A DNA stretch of 64,000 nt from a virus. The position numbers and the translations under genes were made by a program. The notes below the pieces were generated by a model. It ran no database searches, was not told the DNA's origin, and saw nothing but the letters and a program-made list of their open reading frames with translations. The stretch lies in the IMG/VR virus record IMGVR_UViG_3300028837_002527, positions 4,768-68,767 of that record; one strand, given 5' to 3'. Shown piece by piece: positions 48,616-58,300 of this stretch; within the stretch, counting starts at the first letter, position 1, and the number at the start of each line of letters is the position of its first letter.

Positions 48616-48807
48616 GTGGCAAAAAAAGAAATCATCGTTGATATTGATAAGACTGGAGAAGTTCAGATTGAAGCAAGGGGATATTCAGGTAATGAATGTC
48701 TTAAAGCAACAAAGTCCATTGAACAAGCACTTGGTGGAGGAGTAGAAGAAAGAAAGATGAAAAAGAATCACGAAATTCGTGTAGAAAGAGAAAGTCTTAA
48801 TGAGTAA
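48616..48807 (+). CDS. DUF2997 protein
   Basis: IIVDIDKTGEVQIEARGYSGNECLKATKSIEQALG. Confidence 0.85.
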   Translation: MAKKEIIVDIDKTGEVQIEARGYSGNECLKATKSIEQALGGGVEERKMKKNHEIRVERESLNE

Positions 48808-48967
48808 AAAACATATCATATTTGATATTGGAGAAGAAGGAGAAATTACGTTTTGGTTTTCTTCTGAAGCAGAAGAAATGCTTCAAGACGAGATTGACGA
48901 AAGAACTCCAGGTCCAGTTCCAATAAAAGGAACAGAGAATTTGTTTCATCCTGAATTTTGTGGATGA
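48800..48967 (+). CDS. 55-aa protein ending in Cys-Gly (absent from ORF track)
   Basis: MSKKHIIFDIGEEGEITFWFSSEAEEMLQDEIDERTPGPVPIKGTENLFHPEFCG; overlaps DUF2997 stop. Confidence 0.65.
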   Translation: MSKKHIIFDIGEEGEITFWFSSEAEEMLQDEIDERTPGPVPIKGTENLFHPEFCG

Positions 48968-49008
48968 AGTAATAGTAAATCAAAATAGGGGAGTCCTGAT
49001 AAAAAATT

Positions 49009-49047
49009 CATTGATTCATACCAATGGACATATCAGGGCTCTTCTAT
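49009..49047 (+). repeat. dispersed bipartite motif copy 3, embedded in a 16-bp stem (48985-49047)
   Basis: cattgattcatacca-atggacatatc-agggctcttctat. Confidence 0.75.
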
Positions 49048-49077
49048 GGGTTTTAAATCTTAAAGAAAGGGGGAAAC

Positions 49078-49206
49078 ATGAAATCATTATTTGAATGGCT
49101 GCATTATACTAATGCAGAATTATTTGGATTTGTATCATATTTATATATTTTCTCTTTGATTATTGGAATGATTTTCTCAATTAAATTCAAGAGAGAAAGA
49201 GAATAA
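49078..49206 (+). CDS. 42-aa membrane peptide (absent from ORF track)
   Basis: RBS AAAGGGGG; MKSLFEWLHYTNAELFGFVSYLYIFSLIIGMIFSIKFKRERE. Confidence 0.6.
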   Translation: MKSLFEWLHYTNAELFGFVSYLYIFSLIIGMIFSIKFKRERE

Positions 49207-49320
49207 TTTGTATGAAAGAAAAAAAAAAAAGAGATTGAAATTTAAAATTTTTTCTATAAAATATTATCATTCTATTTATAGGAGTCTAACACTTTTTTAC
49301 AGGAGTCAATGGAGGTGAGT

Positions 49321-50061
49321 ATGGTCAATCTACTGTTTGAAAAAATGAGTAAAAAACTAAGGAAATTTATTGAATATAATTCTTGGAAATTTTCAAATTT
49401 TTCAAGATATAATGATAAGTGTGATTTTGAAAATATTGCACTCATTGTGATTTGGGAGAAGATTCCAGATTTTAGGTATGTGTGTGGCATATGTGAGAAA
49501 AAGTTCAGAGAAGAAAAAGCGTATAGAAAGCATAAGCATAGTAAGTATCAGCAGGGAAAAAAGATTAAATTTAAAAAGCCAAAAATTATTTTAGAGTCGT
49601 ATCTCATGTCGCGAATTCTTTCAAAATATCAAGCAGTGTTGAAGGAAGAAAATGCTTTAAAAAGGTATCCAAGTAATAGGCAAGTTTTTCAAATGAACAA
49701 TTTAGACTCTACTTTTGAGATTAGTAACGAGAGTAATAACAAAGATTTTAATAGGTCTGTAAAAACTGATAAATTGGGGGGACGTCAAAATGCAGATGAT
49801 TTTAGGATTAATAGATTACATTTAAAATTTGATGAGCATGCAGAATATGACTTAATGGAAGTAATAGAGTTAGTGTCAAAGGACTTTACTGACACTGAAA
49901 TTGAGGTAATGAATATGTTGCTTAACAAGTATAGAATTTATCAGATTATTCTTGGTTTTGAAGAAAAGAACAGAGGAGATATTCATACTGTTAAAAAAGC
50001 TGTAAGAAACATTCGTAAGTACATAAAAACATATTTAGAAAAAATAGAGAATGTTGTATAA
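49321..50061 (+). CDS. putative sigma70-family (region 2 + region 4) factor with inserted C2H2-like zinc finger
   Basis: RBS GGAGGTG; ALIVIWEKIPDF / ESYLMSRI region-2-like; CGICEKKF...HKH; FTDTEIEVM...HTVKKAVRNIRK region-4-like. Confidence 0.5.
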   Translation: MVNLLFEKMSKKLRKFIEYNSWKFSNFSRYNDKCDFENIALIVIWEKIPDFRYVCGICEKKFREEKAYRKHKHSKYQQGKKIKFKKPKIILESYLMSRILSKYQAVLKEENALKRYPSNRQVFQMNNLDSTFEISNESNNKDFNRSVKTDKLGGRQNADDFRINRLHLKFDEHAEYDLMEVIELVSKDFTDTEIEVMNMLLNKYRIYQIILGFEEKNRGDIHTVKKAVRNIRKYIKTYLEKIENVV

Positions 50062-50152
50062 CTTTTTATATAGTATATCTATGATGATTCTTTGAAAGTA
50101 AGATTTTATTCAAGTTAAATCTGATATGATTTAAAGAGTTTGATAAGAAAAT

Positions 50153-50191
50153 CATTAAATCATACCAAGGAACATATTAAAGCTCCCCTAT
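50153..50191 (+). repeat. dispersed bipartite motif copy 4
   Basis: cattaaatcatacca-aggaacatatt-aaagctcccctat. Confidence 0.8.
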
Positions 50192-50294
50192 GGGCTTTTA
50201 AGGAGCTCCAGAGGAGCTGATTTTGAGTGAAAGGAGACATGGTTGTCTCATAAAAATTTTCGGTCCACAATTCAAAGGAATGGAGGTAAGTAAC

Positions 50295-51284
50295 ATGGAC
50301 ATGAAAGTACTCAAAAAAACAGCTAAAGATTTTGGAATTAAGGTCTTAAAAAAAGACGATGAGGAATCTTTAGCAGAGAAAATTCGGGGTTACTTTAGTG
50401 AGAAGGATTTTGAGCTTGATGCTCAATGTCCTGAGTGTGGAGAGGATATTCCAGACGAGGATATGTGTCCTTTTTGCGGGGTGTCTTTTGAGGATGAGGA
50501 TGAGGATGAGGATGAGGATGAGGATGAGGATGAGGATGAGGATGAGGATGAGGATGAGGATGACGAGGAAGATGAGGATGAGGATGAGGATGAGGATGAG
50601 GATGAGGATGAGGATGAGGATGAAAAACCTAAAAAGAAAAGAGGTAGACCTAAAAAAGAATCAAAAAAGACAGAAAAGGAAGGAAAGAAGAAAAAAGGGA
50701 AAACTGGAAGAAAAAAGGGTTCTCGTAGTTTGAAGTCAACAATTAAGAAAAAAGGAAAAGAGGCAAGAGGAGCAAAAAAAGGTTCTTTCAATTATAAGGA
50801 TGCAGTTGAAAAGGTATCCGATATTGTGGAAAAGGAAGGATATGAAATTAAGGAAAGAGCCAACTGGAATGGTTATTTCCTTGATGGGCTTAAAGTATTT
50901 CATGTAGCAAAATCTACAAGGTCGTTTCAACTGATGATTACAGTTGAAGGATTTGTTGCTCCAAAGAAAGGTGAATACAGAGAATTTACCAATGAAGAAA
51001 TTACAAGTGGACACTTAGCTACTTGTATTGGAATTCTAAAAACAACAAGTCTTGACGTTGTTGAATCTGCGGTTGCACAGTTAACAAAAATTGCTAAAAA
51101 GATTCTTAAGGAAAGGAAGGAAGAAAAGAAAGAAAAGAAAGAATCAAAAAAGAAGTCAAAGAAAAAAGATACAGAAAAAAAGAAGTCAAAGAAAAAAGAT
51201 ACAGAAAAAAAGAAGTCAAAGAAAAAAGATACAGAAAAAAAGAAGTCAAAGAAAAAAGATACAGAAAAAAAAGAAGGATATTAA
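50295..51284 (+). CDS. nucleoid-like protein: zinc ribbon, poly-(ED), AT-hook, basic repeats
   Basis: RBS GGAGGT; CPECG..CPFCG; (ED)n; KKRGRPKK; KKKSKKKDTE x4. Confidence 0.8.
   Translation: MDMKVLKKTAKDFGIKVLKKDDEESLAEKIRGYFSEKDFELDAQCPECGEDIPDEDMCPFCGVSFEDEDEDEDEDEDEDEDEDEDEDEDDEEDEDEDEDEDEDEDEDEDEKPKKKRGRPKKESKKTEKEGKKKKGKTGRKKGSRSLKSTIKKKGKEARGAKKGSFNYKDAVEKVSDIVEKEGYEIKERANWNGYFLDGLKVFHVAKSTRSFQLMITVEGFVAPKKGEYREFTNEEITSGHLATCIGILKTTSLDVVESAVAQLTKIAKKILKERKEEKKEKKESKKKSKKKDTEKKKSKKKDTEKKKSKKKDTEKKKSKKKDTEKKEGY
50490..50621 (+). repeat. (GAGGAT)n coding microsatellite
   Basis: About 22 hexamer units, one GACGAGGAA interruption. Confidence 0.95.
51151..51270 (+). repeat. 4 x 30-nt perfect tandem repeat
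   Basis: AGAAGTCAAAGAAAAAAGATACAGAAAAAA x4. Confidence 0.95.
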
Positions 51285-51344
51285 GGGGAAGGCAAAGAAG
51301 AAAAGCAAATCAAAGAAAAAGAAATAATTTTATCTTCTTACGTT

Positions 51345-51375
51345 AAGGACCATTAAATAAATGGTCCTTTTTTTA
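51345..51375 (+). terminator. intrinsic terminator
   Basis: AAGGACCATT-AAATA-AATGGTCCTT followed by T-tract. Confidence 0.85.
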
Positions 51376-51434
51376 TGCTCGTATAAAAGTATATTTACTT
51401 TTATAGATATATTAAGATAGAATGGAGGTATTGC

Positions 51435-52784
51435 ATGAAAGAAAATATTATTTTAGGAGGAGGTATCTCCGGTTTAATTTTTCAATTTTATAATCCTGAA
51501 TTTTTATTAATAACTGATTCGTTTGGCGGTATGCTTGAAAATGAAAAAGATTTTGGTGTAATGACATTGTGGGATACAAAAACAACAAGGCAATTACTCA
51601 CTGACCTTGAAATAGAAATAAAACCAAAACATTCAGATATTCATTATTATTTTAATGGAAAAATTTATAAGGAAGCTCCTTCTCTGTTAAGAGAAGAGCA
51701 CATAAGAAAAAAAATGGGACCATTAAGTTCTCTTATTGATTTTAAGGATTTGACTCTTTCTACAGATAAAACGAACTATATTCCATCTCTTAAAGTTGAT
51801 TTTATTGAATTGTTGAAAAAGTTACGTAATAAATTAAATAGACATATTGTAGGAAGAGTTACTAAAATAAATGATGAATATGTGATAGTTAATATAGGAG
51901 AAGAAAACAAACTTGATTATCATACACACATGTTTAAGTATAATGCATTAATCTCTACATTACCTGCTTTTGTTTTTTGGGATATATGGAATGGTAAAAA
52001 TTGCAAAGAAATATGTAACTTAGATGAATTTAATTATACATCAACTACAAATATATCAATGAAAAAGCTTGAAGGCAAATTGAAATCAAAGTTAATAGAT
52101 TCAGGATGTTTGTCAGAAAATTTTCAACATTATGTTTATTTTATGGATGATAGTCCATATCATAGATTATCTCGCACAACATCTGGAAAATATTGTATTC
52201 AATTTCCTGGTGAATATTCCATTGAAAAAGTAAGTAAAATTTTAGATATTCCTATTAGTAAATTAAAAATAAGAATTAACAAAATAGGACAATTTGTTTC
52301 TCATAAAGGGAACATACCTCCAGATAATATTATGTTTCTTGGCAGACATGCTCAATGGGATTATAAAATTAAAGTTCAAGATATAGTTAGATTTTCTATG
52401 TTTTCAAAGTTCATGTGGCATCGTATGAGACAAGTACAAACAAGATTTAATAAAAATTTTATAAAGTTTAATGAAATTACATTTGAAGAAAGACAAAGGA
52501 AAACAGAGAAGTGGTTGCTTCATTTATTTAGTGAAGTAAATGAATTTCTCAATGAAATAAATTGGAAAATGCACAGAACTCATAAAGAAGTATTTAGACA
52601 GAAAATAATTGAAGAATGGATTGATATATTTAAATTTTTATTGGGATTAGCAGATGTCTGGGGAATAACTTCTTTAGAAATTTTCAATATGTTTATGGAA
52701 AAAAGTAAAATAGTAGAACAAAAATATTATAAAGAAATGGAGGAAAAAGATGAAGGAGTTTCAAGAGAAGAAAGTTCTAAATAA
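51435..52784 (+). CDS. FAD-dependent oxidoreductase fused to all-alpha (dimeric dUTPase/MazG-like) NTP pyrophosphatase
   Basis: IILGGGISG Rossmann motif, LISTLP, FLGRHAQW; C-terminal HLFSEVNEFLNEINWKMH...EEWIDIFKF. Confidence 0.8.
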   Translation: MKENIILGGGISGLIFQFYNPEFLLITDSFGGMLENEKDFGVMTLWDTKTTRQLLTDLEIEIKPKHSDIHYYFNGKIYKEAPSLLREEHIRKKMGPLSSLIDFKDLTLSTDKTNYIPSLKVDFIELLKKLRNKLNRHIVGRVTKINDEYVIVNIGEENKLDYHTHMFKYNALISTLPAFVFWDIWNGKNCKEICNLDEFNYTSTTNISMKKLEGKLKSKLIDSGCLSENFQHYVYFMDDSPYHRLSRTTSGKYCIQFPGEYSIEKVSKILDIPISKLKIRINKIGQFVSHKGNIPPDNIMFLGRHAQWDYKIKVQDIVRFSMFSKFMWHRMRQVQTRFNKNFIKFNEITFEERQRKTEKWLLHLFSEVNEFLNEINWKMHRTHKEVFRQKIIEEWIDIFKFLLGLADVWGITSLEIFNMFMEKSKIVEQKYYKEMEEKDEGVSREESSK

Positions 52785-53679
52785 AGTTTGTTTTGGAGAA
52801 AAACCAGCTTTTGGAATTAAAGATGCAGTTACAAGTATTTCTGTTGAGTTAGTAGATTATCCAGAAGAAAGTTCTTTATATAGTACTATGTTTCAATTTA
52901 TTATGGGTTCTTATGGGAATGAACCAAATAAATTAATAGAATACGTCCCAAGTGATGAGGAGATAGAAGAAGTAGTTGAGGCGTCATTGAAAGGAGAAGC
53001 ATTACCATTAGCGATGGAAATTCCAAAGTTTACATTTCGAGTTAATGGAATTGATAGAATTATAACACATCAAATTGTAAGAAGCAGAATTGGAGTTGTT
53101 TATTCGCAGCATTGTACTGGTGATAATGATATTAGGCATGTTAATTATCTTATACCACATGCAATAGCGAAGTTAAGAAAGAAAAGTCCAGCATGGAATG
53201 AAAGAATAGGTAAATTTTTAGTAGAATCTAAAGAGATTTATGCTGATTTGATTGATAAAGAAAATATAAGTATTCAGGATGCAAGAGGATTTATTTTACC
53301 TCTTATGGAAACTTACATTTATATGAGTTGTAATTATATGATGATAAGAAATTTTGTAGCAAGAAGATTATGTGCAAATGAAACACATCAAATGCAGTTT
53401 ATTGCACATTCAATGAGGGAATTAATAAGAATTAGGTTTCCTTTACTTGGTAAGTATTTACAAGGCACTTGTGATAAAATAAAAAAATGTGTGTTTAAAA
53501 AAAATGATTCGATATTTGCTGGTTCTGTTTATTATCCATGTGGAAAATATCCGAGATTTGATAATGAAGGAAAAGAAATACCAGTCGACCCAGAAAAATT
53601 TATACACAAAGAACCTTCAAGTTCTATGAGGGGAATACAATCAGTTGCAGAAAAATATAAGGAGGATTTAGCATTATGA
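52750..53679 (+). CDS. thyX: divergent flavin-dependent thymidylate synthase (ThyX-like)
   Basis: FTFRVNGIDRIITHQIVRSR...YSQHC, QDARGFILP, FVARRLC; canonical RHR and catalytic Ser altered. Confidence 0.75.
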   Translation: MKEFQEKKVLNKVCFGEKPAFGIKDAVTSISVELVDYPEESSLYSTMFQFIMGSYGNEPNKLIEYVPSDEEIEEVVEASLKGEALPLAMEIPKFTFRVNGIDRIITHQIVRSRIGVVYSQHCTGDNDIRHVNYLIPHAIAKLRKKSPAWNERIGKFLVESKEIYADLIDKENISIQDARGFILPLMETYIYMSCNYMMIRNFVARRLCANETHQMQFIAHSMRELIRIRFPLLGKYLQGTCDKIKKCVFKKNDSIFAGSVYYPCGKYPRFDNEGKEIPVDPEKFIHKEPSSSMRGIQSVAEKYKEDLAL

Positions 53680-54236
53680 TAATAGCTGTTGAAGGTCCTG
53701 ATTGTTGTGGAAAAACAACATTTGGAAATGAGTTAAGTAAAATATTAGATATACCAATTTTAAAATTGAAACAATTTGCTATATGCAAAAAAAGAAGTGA
53801 GACAAAATGTTGGGCACAAGTATCTTCAATGGAAAATTTTTCGCATAAGTTAAATTTTATATTGGATAGATTTTTGTTAACTAATTTAGTATATAACCAA
53901 ATTTATTATAATATAAAGTCATGTAAAAGATATTTCAATTTAATTGAAAAAATGGATGTTATTATTATAATGATAAGTGTATCATTTAAAGAATTAAGAG
54001 AAAAAATAAAGGAGCGAAAAGACAATAAAGATGTAATGAAAGATATTAAACAAATACATCTTATTTACAATATGTGGTATCAGAAAATTAAAGAAAAATA
54101 TAAATATCAAGATAGAATAATTTTACTAAATGGATTTCAACCTATGAAAGACATGTTATGGGAATTAGTTAATAAAAAAGAGTGTTCATTTTGGATAAAA
54201 AGTAAGATTTCTCCATGGTTAGAGAAATATTTGTAA
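53676..54236 (+). CDS. dNMP (thymidylate-like) kinase
   Basis: IIAVEGPDCCGKTT, ILDRF..TNLVY. Confidence 0.85.
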   Translation: MIIAVEGPDCCGKTTFGNELSKILDIPILKLKQFAICKKRSETKCWAQVSSMENFSHKLNFILDRFLLTNLVYNQIYYNIKSCKRYFNLIEKMDVIIIMISVSFKELREKIKERKDNKDVMKDIKQIHLIYNMWYQKIKEKYKYQDRIILLNGFQPMKDMLWELVNKKECSFWIKSKISPWLEKYL

Positions 54237-54245
54237 GAGGATAAA

Positions 54246-55298
54246 ATGAAAAAATATACAAAACAAAAATTTAAAAAGTTGTTTCCTTGGTTTTATGCAA
54301 TAGAAAAAGGATTAAAAGCGCCAATTTCTTTTTTCCTATTGCCAACTGATAAATGTTTTTGTAAGTGTAATATGTGCACTCATTGGAAAATGAAAGAAAA
54401 AAAAGAACTTGATTATGAAACTGTAAAGTCAATATTAGTTGAAGCTCAGAAAAATGGAAGTCAATCTGTTTCACTTTCAGGTGGAGATATATTTGCATGG
54501 AAACATGTTGAGAGATTATTTTGTGATAAAAGTATTACATTAGATTTTCAAGTAACTACTCCATTAATTTTTCCTATTAAATTTGATTTATCTTTGTTAA
54601 AAAGGATAAAATGGTTACGTATATCTTTTGATGCAATTGATAACAATACATACAAAGAAATAAGAGGAGTAAATAAAGTACATAGAGTTATAGAGAATAT
54701 TAGAAATATAATTAATAATAATTTAATTAAGGATATAGGAATTGCAACAGTACTTCAAAAGAAAAATTTAAATCAAATAGATGTTTTAGCTGACTTTATT
54801 AAATCTTATGAAATAAAAAGATGGATAGTTCATCCAGTTGATTTTAATCCTGATTTAAGTTTAGATACACAAACTATACATGATGTTTTTAGATATTTAG
54901 TTGAAAAATATAGTAAGAGTATTCCTATAAATAACTGGGATGTTTATTTGAAAGAAAATAATGAATATGAAAAGGCGAATGATTTACCATGTTACATTGC
55001 AAAAATGAAAGCATTTATTGATGCAAGTCTTCGTATATGGCCTTGTTGTAATTTAGCAATGGACTCAAGAGGCGATGAAGAAAGGGCGGAACATTTAATG
55101 ATGGGTAGATTAAAACCTGGAAGATATGCAGGATTAAGATTTATTAAGATATGGCAAAATAAAAGAAATTATTTAGATAAATTTAATAGTTTTAAAGACA
55201 TTCATCCTTTATGTAAAAGTAATTGTAGATTTAAATATTTTTATTACAATCTTGGTTATCATTATTGTAAACAAAGATTGAGCACAATATATCTTTAG
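54246..55298 (+). CDS. radical SAM protein with SPASM/twitch domain
   Basis: CFCKCNMC (CxxxCxxC), SGGD, RISFDA, C-terminal PC...WPCC...C..NC. Confidence 0.88.
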   Translation: MKKYTKQKFKKLFPWFYAIEKGLKAPISFFLLPTDKCFCKCNMCTHWKMKEKKELDYETVKSILVEAQKNGSQSVSLSGGDIFAWKHVERLFCDKSITLDFQVTTPLIFPIKFDLSLLKRIKWLRISFDAIDNNTYKEIRGVNKVHRVIENIRNIINNNLIKDIGIATVLQKKNLNQIDVLADFIKSYEIKRWIVHPVDFNPDLSLDTQTIHDVFRYLVEKYSKSIPINNWDVYLKENNEYEKANDLPCYIAKMKAFIDASLRIWPCCNLAMDSRGDEERAEHLMMGRLKPGRYAGLRFIKIWQNKRNYLDKFNSFKDIHPLCKSNCRFKYFYYNLGYHYCKQRLSTIYL

Positions 55299-55308
55299 GA
55301 GTAAGTGT

Positions 55309-58300
55309 ATGAGTTTAAATTTACCAAATGCTTTTCCTAAAAAGTTAGATTTAACTCCACCAAAATATAAAAAGGAAAAGAAAACATATGTTCCAATTCA
55401 TGTTCATTCATCGTTTTCAACATATGATGGATGTTCTACTATAAAGGAATTAGTAGAAGTTGCAGACAGTCTTGGTATGCATGCAATTTCTTTGTCAGAC
55501 CACGGAACAATGAGTGGAGTGTTTTCTTTTGTTCAAGAGTGTAAAGAAAGAAAGATAAAACCAATTGTTGGATGTGAATTATATATTAATGAAAACAGAC
55601 GTGCAGAAAAGAAAGATGCTTCAAATGAACATTTATGTTTATTTGCTATGGATATAAGGGGGTATAAAAATTTATTAAAAATTATGTATGATGCTGCTAC
55701 AAATGGATTTTATTATCGTCCAAGAACTGATTTAAATTTTATAGAAGAAAATTCTAAAGGACTTATTTGTACAACTGCTTGTTTAAGTTCACCAATAATA
55801 AAACCAAGTCTTGAAGGAAATGATGAGAAAGCAATAAAGAATTTAAAAAAGTTAAAGAGAATATTTGATGATAGATTGTATATAGAGTTTAATTTTAATG
55901 AAATGGATGTGCAAAAAGAGGCTAATAGCAAATTAAAAAAATTAGCAAAAAAGTATAGAGTTAAAGGTGTTTATGGACTTGATGTTCATTATACATATAA
56001 GGAAGATGTTTGGGTTCAAGATATTTTAAAGTTAAATCAGAGAAAGACAACAATACATGATTCAAATTGGAAGGATTATGTATTTTCAGCTAGAAGATTA
56101 TTTTTAAAGCCATATAAAATTGCTTTAAAGGAGCCAAAATTATTAGGATACGATGATTTTAATTTAAAATATGTTGAGTCGTTACTTGAAGCAACGAATG
56201 AAATAGCGGATAGAGTAAACTTTGATTTAGAATTTGGAGTGCACGCACCTTATTACACTTATAAAGGAAAAAGAGTAAACGCAAAAAAGTTTTTAAAGAC
56301 ATTAATAAATAGATTTTTTATGAAAAAAATAGAACAGAAAATTATTTCAAAAGATAAAAAACAAATTTACAAAAAAAGGATGGAATACGAATACAATTTA
56401 ATAGTTGAATGCAAATATTGTAATTATTTTCTTATTATTTGGGATATGGTAAAAAATTCAAGAAACAAAGGAATTTTTAGAGGAATTGGGAGAGGTTCTG
56501 CGGCTGGTTGTTTAATATCCTTTTTGTTAGATATTACTGGTGTTGACCCAATAAAATATGGTTTACTGTTTGAGAGGTTTATGGATATTCAGAGGAAGGA
56601 CCCACCAGATATTGATTTAGACTGGGAGCATGAACGCGGCGAAGAAATTGAAGATTATTTAAGGAAGAAATATGGTGAAAAGAAAGTAGCGCATGTATGC
56701 ACATATTCTTGGTGGAGAACTAAATCTTCCATTGGAGAAGTGTTTAAAACAACAGGAGAGAAGATAGAAGATATATTTAAATTAAAAAAGATGATTAGGT
56801 TTGATGAGGGAGATAACAGAGATAGCAAAAATGTCGATGCTGCATTAAAGTATGTAAGAGAAAATTTTAATGATAAAACAGTAATGGATATGTTAAATAG
56901 GCAGAAAAAGATTGGAATTCCTATTGTAAAGAGATTGGTTAATAACATTAAAAATGTAGGAATGCATCCTGGTGGAGTAGTAGTTTCTCCTAAACCTATT
57001 TTTAATTATATACCAGTTGTTCGACATAAAGACAATATATTGACTGGATTTTCTCAAGGTAGCGATGGAAGAACAGAACTTGAGTGGATTGGATTAATAA
57101 AGATTGATAATTTAAGAGTTAAAGCAGTAACTGTAGTAAAAGAAACATTGAGGTTAATAAAAGAACGACGAGGTATAGATTTATTTGAAGGAATATGGAA
57201 TATTAATGTAGAAGAAAAAGAAGTTTATAAGTATTATCAAGAAGGAAAAACAGAGGGGGTATTTCAAGTAGAATCAGAAGAAATAAATGCATTTATGAAG
57301 AGGTTGAAACCAGAATGTTTTGATGATTTAAGAGCAATTGTAGCGTTATTTAGACCTGGTTCTTTAGCATCTGGTGAAGCAGATAAATTTATAAAGAGGA
57401 AACATGACGAGGAAAAAGTTTTGTATGTTCATCCGATATTAAAAAAGTATGTTGGTAGCACATATGGATGTTTTGTTTATCAAGAACAAATAATGAACAT
57501 AATGAACGAGTTATGCGGGTTTCCGCGGAGTAAAACTATGAGATACATGAAATTAATGAAAAAGGTGTATGATACGAGTGATAAAAGAATAATTGGTGTT
57601 GTTAATAAAATGAAGAAAGGATTGATAAAACTTTCTAAATTTACAAAAGAACAAGCTGATAAGTTATGCGATGTAATGTTAGAAAGTTATAATTATATTT
57701 TTAATAAATCTCATTCAACATCGTATGCTTTGTTTTCATATCAGATGATGTGGTTAAAATATCATTATCCTTTGGAATTCTTTTGTGCATTATTATCAAA
57801 GACAGAAAACAAAAGAACTGAACATAAGGGTGGAAAAATAGATATTAAAATAAAGAAATATATTAGTGGTGCAAAAAAAATTGGTATCAATGTTTTACCT
57901 CCTAAATTTGGTAAGTCTCAACAAGAATTTATAATTGAAAATGATAATGTTCTTCGTGCGGGTACTAATGTTGTTGTTGGATTAGGTAAGTCTGGTGATG
58001 AATTATATAAAGTCAAATCAAGAAAAAATGGAAAGTATTATATTGAAGATATGGTTGAGTGTAAAGATATTAGTTGGGCAAGGTTAAATAAGAGAAAAGT
58101 TGAAACGTTAATTAGCATAGGGTTTTTTGATGGTTGTGTTAAAGTGATTAAAAAAGTGACAAACAAACAATTAATGTATGCTTGGAAAAAGTTTAATGAA
58201 AGAAAAAAGAAGAAAGGAGATGTTAAATTATTTATAGAGTGTTTAAGGGAATCTATAAAGGAAGTTGAAGGAAAGTTTAAAAAGAGAGAGCAGATAGCAT

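Noticed and set aside
49219-49230. A12 homopolymer as a phase-variable switch
   Set aside because: Intergenic and upstream of the putative -35; no evidence of function from sequence alone, and such runs are plausible in this A-rich genome.
50398-50791. ORFs encoding poly-MR and poly-S
   Set aside because: Alternate-frame and antisense read-outs of the GAGGAT microsatellite; no RBS; the (ED)n frame carries the real domains.
51151-51270. 30-nt repeats as a CRISPR array
   Set aside because: Head-to-tail with no spacers and in frame within a coding sequence; no cas genes in the window.
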